Shown here: piece after piece, positions 9,650-17,693 of the stretch
Layout of the letters: the number at the start of each line of letters is the position of its first letter
How positions within the stretch are numbered: position 1 is the first letter of the stretch
Origin: Candidatus Poribacteria bacterium
GTDB lineage: Bacteria; Poribacteria; WGA-4E; WGA-3G
Reading direction: 5' to 3'
NCBI GenBank assembly: GCA_012267415.1
Contig: JAAXGN010000108.1
Location: forward strand, 157,805-221,804
DNA length: 64,000 bases
Position numbers and translations under genes: made by a program
The notes under the pieces: generated by a model
Told to the model about the DNA's origin: nothing
Database searches by the model: none
The model's input: only the letters and a program-made list of their open reading frames with translations

Positions 9650-10352
9650 GTTCTGTCTGGTTGGAAAATTTATATTTCAGCATAAATCGGATATGTCGCC
9701 ATGCGTCACGAATAGCATTGAGTTTTGACTCACCTCTACGGGTGTGATAGGTGATGGGAATTTCAAGTATTTTCAACTCGGATTGCACTGCTTTGATCAC
9801 CATTTCAGAGGCGAATTCCATACCTGTTGTTTTCAAATCCATCCGTTTATATGCCTCGGCAGTAAATGCTCGCATCCCGCAGTGTGAATCTGATATGTAA
9901 GTTCCGAAAAGTATCCGCAGTATTCCTGACAGGATTGGGTTTCCGATATAACGTCTTGCCCACGGCATTGCCCCTGGAAGTATTTCACCTTTAAACCGAT
10001 TTCCGATAACAAAGTCGTATCCATTTTGGAGCGGTGTTATGAACCTCTCTAAATCTGTGAAGTCGTAGGTATCATCAGAATCTCCCATGACGATGTATTG
10101 TCCCTTTGCAGCAGCAAATCCTGCAAGATAAGCGGCACCGTAGCCGCGTGTGGATTGATGCACAACGCGCGCACCGAGGTCCTCAGCGATTGCAACAGAG
10201 TTATCGGTAGAACCATTGTCTGCTACAATAATCTCTCCTTGCATTCCTAATGCTTCCAAGGTACGTTGCGCTTTCTCAATACAAACGCCAAGTGTTTCTT
10301 CTTCGTTGAGACACGGCATGACAACAGAAACCAAAAAGTTTTGATTTGTCAT
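9642..10352 (-). CDS. GT2-family polyprenol-phosphate glycosyltransferase (Dpm1/GtrB/ArnC-like).
   Basis: VVMPCLNEEETL...IIVADNGSTDNS...GDSDDTYD carries the DXD motifs typical of dolichyl-/polyprenyl-phosphate hexose synthases. Confidence 0.85.
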   Translation of the reverse strand: MTNQNFLVSVVMPCLNEEETLGVCIEKAQRTLEALGMQGEIIVADNGSTDNSVAIAEDLGARVVHQSTRGYGAAYLAGFAAAKGQYIVMGDSDDTYDFTDLERFITPLQNGYDFVIGNRFKGEILPGAMPWARRYIGNPILSGILRILFGTYISDSHCGMRAFTAEAYKRMDLKTTGMEFASEMVIKAVQSELKILEIPITYHTRRGESKLNAIRDAWRHIRFMLKYKFSNQTEHD

Positions 10353-10367
10353 AAGATACTTCTATCG

Positions 10368-12788
10368 CTATTCTGTGGCGATATACTTTGGATGTGGTTT
10401 GATATGTTCCGGATAGTTAATCTTCCATATTTGAACTTCTGGCGGTCTATTTTTTCCTTCAGAATTATCGGTATAGATGTTTTCAAATGCGTTGGAGTGT
10501 TTTCCTCGAATAAACATTTTAAAAGCAAAACTGTTCCATCCTATTTCAGAAACGTAGAAGGCGTTACGAAGGACTTTATTCGCATCAAAAGTAAGCAGCA
10601 GTCCTCCCTTTTTCATTTTAGCAGGTTCAGGTGATTGTATACGCTTATTTCCATGGAAAGCAACATAAGGTAAATGGATTGTTTCCTCTGTTTTAGAATG
10701 TGCGGTAACTGTAAGTTTTTCAATGGATACTCCCTGGATGTCTATATGAGTCAATACTGTTTTCGTGGTATACGTATCGTGTTGTTTCTGTGGTGCAAGC
10801 GAGTATTGTGTTCCGGGTCTTGTGGGTAGATACAAGAGAGGATGAAGACTAAAATATCTGTCAAAGTCTAAATCACTACCAACAAAAGAAGCTTTGCTTG
10901 ACCTTGAAATTATGTCTGTGCCGGTGAGCATGAGATGTGTTGCGTTGTGAGATTTCAAGAAATATAATGCTTCTGCCTCGGATTGTGCACAGAAAACATG
11001 CCGGTAATACAGATGTACCCAGTGCGGAATAAAGTGATCCGGGTCTATAATTGTTTTCACGTTGCTGTGTGTATTGAGTTGTGTTCCATAATCCCAGTCG
11101 GCTGCCATTACAGTTCTTTCATGTGGGAGTCGCTCTTTTATCCATCTGAACGCTTGCATTATGTTTTCATTTTCTGGGTAAATTCTTTGATTAGCCGCAA
11201 CATGAAGGGTTCTAATTGCATATCCCCCAACAGGATTCCAGAGAAGCAGTAGTGTTAATATTGCTGCGGAAAGTAATGCCCTGACGAGTTTTGGTTGGAG
11301 ATTAAGTCCACAGAATTTTAAATTTCTGCTGAAAGAGGCAGTGATATGGTGCATTAGGAAGGCAGTTCCAAATGCCAGTGGTACCCCGATAAAGAAATCA
11401 TACCTTTTACCACTGCGCGAAAGACTTACCCACAAGATAAACCATACAAGCATTATGACTGTAACAAGTTCATTTTCCGATGATTGTTTTCGTCTAGCTG
11501 CTATGCCGAGTCCTATAACTGTTAGCGGTAAGGATGTAATGAAGAAGAAATTTGATAGATTGGGACCTACCCAATGAATTATAGACTGTCGCAGAAAAAC
11601 TGTTACACTAAGAAGCATGAGTGAAAACGATAATGTGAATGAGTTCCATTTCCAATGTTGGAGAGATACTACGATTACGCCGATACTACCCAAAACAAAA
11701 ATGCTACCGTATCTTCCAACCCAATATCTCAAATCAGGATCAGATAACTCTCCAATTATTTTCATAAGTCGATTTTCCTGAAAAGGGAAAGCAGTTGCTG
11801 CAAAGGTATTATATTGTAATAGAATATAAATCACACCTACTGTGATGCTGAAAAAGGTCAAGCTCCATGCAAGATTGCGTGAATGGGAACGCAGCTGTGT
11901 AACAAAACGAAGGATTAGGTATCTGATACTTCTGATTGCAAGTATTACGAGGGTTGGTAAAAGCATTAGTGCTCCAACGTGTGTTGAGAAACCATATCCG
12001 CTGCGATATACCGGACTGATTAGATAAAGCCATGGAATGAACATGAATATCCATAGAACATATTCCATAAGGTCATTTTCAGCATTGGATGTGCAAAACT
12101 TCCAGAGTTCTACGGATAGTATGATAAGAAGAAAAAAACCGAAACCCTCCCAGGAAAGTCCACCTAATAATATAAAAAAGCCTGCAATTGCTGTAAAATA
12201 CCATCTCTGTTTTCCGTATTGCATCTGCTCTTTCCAAAGATAGGTAGTGACTGCAAGTATGCCAATCATCCAGCACCATGCGTCTCTATCACTGAATCCA
12301 ACAGTGCTCCTATCTATGGTTCCTGGTAGGGTAGCAAGTAGGATCGCTACAATTGCTGCGAAACTAAAACCGTATGTTTTTGTCAGGAAGATTATGAGGA
12401 TTCCAAAACCAATGACAAAGCAGACAACAGGTGCGTAAAGACAAACATGATGAAGCGATACTTGGTAAAAAAACTTTGTTATTACTCTATGCGTATAGGA
12501 TAAAGCATAAGCGTAGAGGGAAAGCAGTTGCTGATTGTCTCTACCATTTGGTAACCATCTGTGTTTATCAACTGCAGGGAGATACCCGTGTTCACTTATG
12601 GATTGTGCTTGCAAATAGTAAAGATACGCATCGTTTGACGTGAATTGTCCATCTGGAATCTGTTCTAAACCTTGGAGACGGATACAGAATGCAAGAGCCA
12701 GGAGTCCTAAGAGAGATACCATGAAACTGAAACGTTTAAAATAAACATTGCGATTTACGACTTCCCAAAAACGAAGAAATAGTTGCAT
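10368..12788 (-). CDS. STT3/AglB/PglB-family oligosaccharyltransferase-like GT-C membrane protein.
   Basis: 806 aa with about 13 N-terminal transmembrane segments followed by a soluble domain. That domain contains DWDYGTQLNTHSNVKTIIDPD, matching the OST hallmark WWDYG...(K/R)T(L/I)(V/I)D. An acidic EL1-like motif (TSNDAYLYY) lies near the N-terminus. Confidence 0.7.
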   Translation of the reverse strand: MQLFLRFWEVVNRNVYFKRFSFMVSLLGLLALAFCIRLQGLEQIPDGQFTSNDAYLYYLQAQSISEHGYLPAVDKHRWLPNGRDNQQLLSLYAYALSYTHRVITKFFYQVSLHHVCLYAPVVCFVIGFGILIIFLTKTYGFSFAAIVAILLATLPGTIDRSTVGFSDRDAWCWMIGILAVTTYLWKEQMQYGKQRWYFTAIAGFFILLGGLSWEGFGFFLLIILSVELWKFCTSNAENDLMEYVLWIFMFIPWLYLISPVYRSGYGFSTHVGALMLLPTLVILAIRSIRYLILRFVTQLRSHSRNLAWSLTFFSITVGVIYILLQYNTFAATAFPFQENRLMKIIGELSDPDLRYWVGRYGSIFVLGSIGVIVVSLQHWKWNSFTLSFSLMLLSVTVFLRQSIIHWVGPNLSNFFFITSLPLTVIGLGIAARRKQSSENELVTVIMLVWFILWVSLSRSGKRYDFFIGVPLAFGTAFLMHHITASFSRNLKFCGLNLQPKLVRALLSAAILTLLLLWNPVGGYAIRTLHVAANQRIYPENENIMQAFRWIKERLPHERTVMAADWDYGTQLNTHSNVKTIIDPDHFIPHWVHLYYRHVFCAQSEAEALYFLKSHNATHLMLTGTDIISRSSKASFVGSDLDFDRYFSLHPLLYLPTRPGTQYSLAPQKQHDTYTTKTVLTHIDIQGVSIEKLTVTAHSKTEETIHLPYVAFHGNKRIQSPEPAKMKKGGLLLTFDANKVLRNAFYVSEIGWNSFAFKMFIRGKHSNAFENIYTDNSEGKNRPPEVQIWKINYPEHIKPHPKYIATE

Positions 12789-12819
12789 CTTATTCTACTC
12801 TTATTTTACTATGCTTGTG

Positions 12820-13521
12820 TTAACGTTGTTCAAGATACCGAAGACGTTCCATCATCCGGTTGCGCTCTGCTCGTATGGATTCTACACTATCCTTGAAATG
12901 ATCCCCCCATTCATCTTGGCCTCGTTGCAGACTCTTAGAGGAGTCTAATTTACTTTTCTGTGATGTATCGATTTCTTTAGCACTTGAGAATTGTGGAATT
13001 CTCTTATGACTTTGTCTAGCCTGTACATTGCGTCTCGGATTGATAAACGAAGGCCCACTGAGAGAAACCTTCAACTCATCTTTTGATGTGGTTAAAGTAA
13101 CCTGTTTCTTTGAGATTTTTTTGACAGTAGCATTACCTATATGGTCCCCTACAGCAACAACATAAAACTGATCTGTTTTTTGCTCTAGGATAAATGCTGT
13201 AGCACTGCGACCATCAGTGGATATAGCAGTTCCAAGAAGTGTATATTCAGAAACACGATGGGGTGGTTCCCAATTAAGCGGTCTAAAAATGTTGTTGTCT
13301 ATAATTATTTGATAGTATTCTTCGGGGACAACCTGCTGCGGTTGGGGGGTTTCTGTTAGTTTTGGTATAGTGTGCAAGTGTTTTGTTGAAACTACATTTT
13401 TGCCGCTTTTAATTATTTGAGTAGATGCGGTAACTTCGGAACTCAACTTATACCGATATAGAAGCAGTCCACCAATAAACACACTAAAGAATACGGAAAA
13501 AACTATGATTTTACGACACAT
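12820..13521 (-). CDS. Hypothetical membrane-anchored protein; possible OST accessory or substrate protein.
   Basis: 233 aa with an N-terminal transmembrane/signal-anchor segment. It is translationally coupled to the upstream gene by a 19-nt overlap. Confidence 0.45.
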   Translation of the reverse strand: MCRKIIVFSVFFSVFIGGLLLYRYKLSSEVTASTQIIKSGKNVVSTKHLHTIPKLTETPQPQQVVPEEYYQIIIDNNIFRPLNWEPPHRVSEYTLLGTAISTDGRSATAFILEQKTDQFYVVAVGDHIGNATVKKISKKQVTLTTSKDELKVSLSGPSFINPRRNVQARQSHKRIPQFSSAKEIDTSQKSKLDSSKSLQRGQDEWGDHFKDSVESIRAERNRMMERLRYLEQR

Positions 13522-14888
13522 TGTTGCTCCGGGCGATTGCTACTGAGGTGGTGGTGTAACAGGATCCGGTGGACGTCGGACTGGTGGGGTACCACGTGGG
13601 GGCAACTTCTTTTCTCCAACTTGCCTAATTGCCTCAAGTTCATCGACGACTTCTTGTAACACACGCAAATCTTTTGGCAATTCACCTCCATGCAGTTCTT
13701 GTAATATTTCAAACCACTGTTGAATGTTTCCACGAGAGGGTGGGCAGGTGGCAACATTTCAGGAGGAATGTTGCGTTTTTGCATGGGTCTGTCGGAACGA
13801 CGTTTAGTATCTTCAAACTCAGGTATCACGCTTCGGTTTGATTGTGATTGATGTGAGGGGACAGTCTGTTCCTTCTGTGATGCTTTTTGCGATTGTTCTG
13901 GCAACGTTTTAAAGATATCGTCATGATCAACAATCATCTGTTCAATATGCTTCTCTGCCGCTTCAAGAACTGCCATCCGGCGTTCAAAAAAACGAGGTCT
14001 TTCATCAGCAGGCAATGGGTTCCCATTTTTATCCGTATAGACAACGGTAACACCCTTCGGTGCAACTCCATATATCCTTAGATCCTCTTTCTGTTGTTCG
14101 GATAACATCACACCCGTAAAAGTTGATAGCGGCTTATCTTCTGAAACATGTACATACACCGTATTCGGTGAAAACGGCGTGAAAATACCTTGGAGATTAG
14201 TGACTCCACCGTAAACTGAAGGATCTGCTTCCTTTGCCCGCAGCTTTTTGATTCGGGCAACAATATTAAACTTGATATTAAGATCTTCAACTTCCTGCCA
14301 TGTTGCATCTATAGGTAAATTGAATGCATCAATAGTATCACTTCTTGTTATCGGATTATCGTAATCACCCTTATATATAAACAGAGACTGTCCCCGAAGA
14401 TCTGATGCTAATTTATAAGAGGTAACATCATGGAGGGGATGACCTAAATCCATTAGGTGTTGAAGCCATTTCTCTTTCGGCCAGTATTTCTCCAGTTGGG
14501 CTAATCTATGTTGTGCTATATCGTCATAGGGTGGATACTCAAAATTAATATATTTTTCCTCCCATTTGTCCATTATCTCAGAAACAGTGTATGGTTGGTA
14601 TTTTCTCCTGATGGTAGTAAGGTCCAGGTTTTCCCAGATACGGAGTATCGGATGCTTTGATATTTCGGTCTCGTTATCGGTTGTTTTCACTTTCACAACA
14701 GGCGGTGTGATCTGTCTATGTGTATGTTCTATAACTTTTCCATTGGAAGAGACGTGCTGATGTGGTTTAGAAACAGGAATACGATCTAATAACTTTTCTT
14801 TATTTTTATGACTGATGTTCATATAGAAGGCAACACTTGTCAGAACAGCAACAAGTACTATGATTAGGTAAGTAATCTGTTTTTTCAT
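13503..14888 (-). CDS. Hypothetical membrane-anchored periplasmic protein. The C-terminus is probably frameshifted, and a Pro-rich tail is encoded in an alternate frame.
   Basis: 461-aa ORF with an N-terminal transmembrane segment. Its last ~60 codons look non-protein-like (CVCYKKSSMNLRQ...). The +1 frame over 13546-13760 encodes the plausible NIQQWFEILQELHGGELPKDLRVLQEVVDELEAIRQVGEKKLPPRGTPPVRRPPDPVTPPPQ*. Confidence 0.45.
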   Translation of the reverse strand: MKKQITYLIIVLVAVLTSVAFYMNISHKNKEKLLDRIPVSKPHQHVSSNGKVIEHTHRQITPPVVKVKTTDNETEISKHPILRIWENLDLTTIRRKYQPYTVSEIMDKWEEKYINFEYPPYDDIAQHRLAQLEKYWPKEKWLQHLMDLGHPLHDVTSYKLASDLRGQSLFIYKGDYDNPITRSDTIDAFNLPIDATWQEVEDLNIKFNIVARIKKLRAKEADPSVYGGVTNLQGIFTPFSPNTVYVHVSEDKPLSTFTGVMLSEQQKEDLRIYGVAPKGVTVVYTDKNGNPLPADERPRFFERRMAVLEAAEKHIEQMIVDHDDIFKTLPEQSQKASQKEQTVPSHQSQSNRSVIPEFEDTKRRSDRPMQKRNIPPEMLPPAHPLVETFNSGLKYYKNCMEVNCQKICVCYKKSSMNLRQLGKLEKRSCPHVVPHQSDVHRILLHHHLSSNRPEQQCVVKS

Positions 14889-15434
14889 TACGATTTTTCT
14901 CCTTATGTTTTAGGGTACAAACAGATTCTTAGGAATAAACAGAATGACTCATGTTATGATAAAGTGCGTTTGACGAGTTTTGATATAAACTCAACAGTGG
15001 TAGTCTTTATATTTACAGCAAATACACAAATTGTAATATCCAGCAAAGAATTTCTTATGAACACCACGAAATGGGCGTAGAAAGTCGCAAACCGTTGTCT
15101 ACACGCCTTCAATCGCATTGATGCGCGTTTCAAGGATACCATCAACATCTGCATCCCGAGCCCATTCACCATCACTATAGTAGACGACCACATGAGAACG
15201 GTCAATACGGTTATATCCGCGCTAGACATCTGTGTATACGATAGTAGACAGATGTGTAAACTCAGGTACCTGTTTACATAATGTCACACCATCGGTTTGA
15301 TATCCGACACACAAACACACGAGACTACTTTAATGCTATAACCTCTGCGTTTATTCCCGCGCCGACGCGGTGGATCCTTTTAGTCAAGATGCGGTTTTCC
15401 TTTTTCACCAGCATTTTGAAACATCTCATCTGAC

Positions 15435-16406
15435 CTAATACGAGATTCCGCCAGACAAGGGAGTAGTTTCACCAGGAAATGTTGTATAGATGTGATCAGG
15501 TTTTATATTTCCCAGATTTCCACCTATATCCGCATCTTTAGTAAACTGCTTTGCTCCTTGTGTAATAACGATCCAATAAGGAACATCCAAAGTGGCATCT
15601 ATCCCTGTAGGGTATGCGTAAAGTCCTTCTCTTTCTATAGTGTTTTCTACTGTAAACTGAGCGGTCAGTTGTGCTGCTCCTTCTGCTACCGCGCCTCCAA
15701 TTGCTTTGGTCACCTTCTCAGTGAGCACTGTTTCTGAGACATCAATTTCTATATTCAGAAGATCAGGTTCATATTTTCCCGCAAAAGTGAGAGGCATAGG
15801 ACGAAGATAGGGACCATAACGACCTAAACTTGGGACTAATACTGTCACTGTCTGTTCTGGGATACTAAGCTTTAAATCTACATTTCCTGACCAACCGGCT
15901 GCAAAATACTCTGTACTTAATCCTTTATTGTCTGTAACACTAGGTGTCGCACTTGCACTGCAAGAACTGTTACCTGCAGAGGCCGATAGGCTTAATTTCA
16001 CTCCAAAAATCTGTTCGGGTTCAGTAGTTCTTTGAGCATTAAGACTTGCAACATGCTGTCTTTGTATTTCAGTGATGGGAGGTGTAGGTACAGCTACGAT
16101 CCCACCATTTGCGTTATATAGAGATGATGCATAAAATCTCAGTGCCCATGAAGTAGCGGATTTATCACCGTTTCCACTGCTATCTTCAGGGTAAGGATCT
16201 AGACGTGCATCTACAATATACATATTTGTAGATTCTAAGTGAGTTTCCCCAGTCCAAGAATTAACATAGAGTTCTGGCGGGTGACTCAGATTCGTGTGAT
16301 CTCCTCCAAGATCGTGTCCAAAACCTATCGGTGTCTGCACTAAATAAACAATAGAAACAACAGAAAGCAGAATTGCAGATATTTTTAACGTGTTCATCTT
16401 CAACAT
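15435..16406 (-). CDS. Secreted hypothetical protein.
   Basis: 323 aa with a signal peptide (MNTLKISAILLSVVSIVYLV) and an S/T/G-rich mature region. No recognisable catalytic motif. Confidence 0.5.
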   Translation of the reverse strand: MLKMNTLKISAILLSVVSIVYLVQTPIGFGHDLGGDHTNLSHPPELYVNSWTGETHLESTNMYIVDARLDPYPEDSSGNGDKSATSWALRFYASSLYNANGGIVAVPTPPITEIQRQHVASLNAQRTTEPEQIFGVKLSLSASAGNSSCSASATPSVTDNKGLSTEYFAAGWSGNVDLKLSIPEQTVTVLVPSLGRYGPYLRPMPLTFAGKYEPDLLNIEIDVSETVLTEKVTKAIGGAVAEGAAQLTAQFTVENTIEREGLYAYPTGIDATLDVPYWIVITQGAKQFTKDADIGGNLGNIKPDHIYTTFPGETTPLSGGISY

Positions 16407-17693
16407 CTTTCTTTAACTCTCCTTACCCTTACGGGTGTTAATATTTAGAATATCAATATAGCCAAAAAATGACAAGAACAGATTTTAACCGTTCTATTTA
16501 TAGTTTGCTGCTATCACACCCGAGCGCGAGCAGCAAGAAGCATCGGGACATCCCCAATGCAACAACAAAAACCCGCGAAGAGAAACTTTGCCAAGACACT
16601 TGCCAAGACATAGGGCGCGAGCATAAAGATATCGCAGTTTTCTAAATCCTGCAATAACAACTTTATAAAGTGAATTATTAACAAATGTAAATCGGGGTAA
16701 GAGGGTAGTTAATATAAGGTTAAAATGGTCTGCAGAAGTATTCCGTACACAAAAACCTTGAGCAGATAACAGATATCTGGTGCGTTCATTTCTGATTAGC
16801 AATTTCTTATACCGACTTCTCATTGTTAAATTAAACCCCAAGAATATAAAAAACATAATACCCAATAACCCCAGTTTTCACTAAACTATATCATTTACGA
16901 AGGTATCATATTGAGTTCCTCTAATAATTCATTCAATAGATTTTCAACAAGTATGGAATTTGATCGTATTTTCCCTTTCAATACTTAAAGACGTATTTTT
17001 TTACTCAAAAAGGTGCATAAAATGAGGCAAGAAACGAAAAAAATGAAGTTTTTCTAAAATTTCAGTCAAAACAGGCAAAAAACGATAGAATCCGTGAAAA
17101 TTACTCATATTGAGTTCCTCATAATAATTCATTCAATAGATTTTCAACAAGTATGGAATTTGATCGTATTTTCCCTTTCAATACTTAAGACACAGTTTTA
17201 TATCCAAATAGGGGCATAAAATGAAAAAAAATCTGTGAAAATCACTCATAAGGTGTTCCGCTGGCACGGAGCAGTTGATTCGTTGGGAATTTTGATGGTT
17301 GTCTATTAAGATTGTTGGAAAAGCCTTAATTCCTAATTCTGCTGATCGTTTGATGTTATCTCTGAAAACCTGTTCTGCTTCGGGTGTATCAAATGGTTGT
17401 ACCTTTCATCATATAGAAAAGTCGGGTTTCGTTCCTCTACCCGACCTACGAAAAACTGTAAAAGTAACCCTGATATGTGCAAGAACCCCTTCCGCGCCAG
17501 TTATATAGATGGCGCGTTCGCCGCGTCTTCCGCGATTCTGACTATGGTAAAATATGAAAATAATTATACACCTTACTTGTAGGAGCGATCTCCGAATCGC
17601 GACCAAATCCTTTGATAGTCGGGAATCGGAATTCCCTCCTACAACTCAGAATGTAGAATCAATTGTATAATCTACCATAAAAGACAGAAGTAT

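Noticed and set aside
10368-12788. Alternative call of the 806-aa GT-C protein as ArnT/PMT/YfhO-type glycosyltransferase.
   Set aside because: The DWDYG…VKTIIDPD motif at the start of the C-terminal soluble domain is specific to STT3/AglB/PglB. I keep the OST call but flag it for profile verification.
16494-16865. 123-aa minus-strand ORF in the long intergenic region.
   Set aside because: It has a non-protein-like composition (C/R/L-rich, no domain). It also overlaps repeat and promoter-like elements, so it is more likely non-coding.
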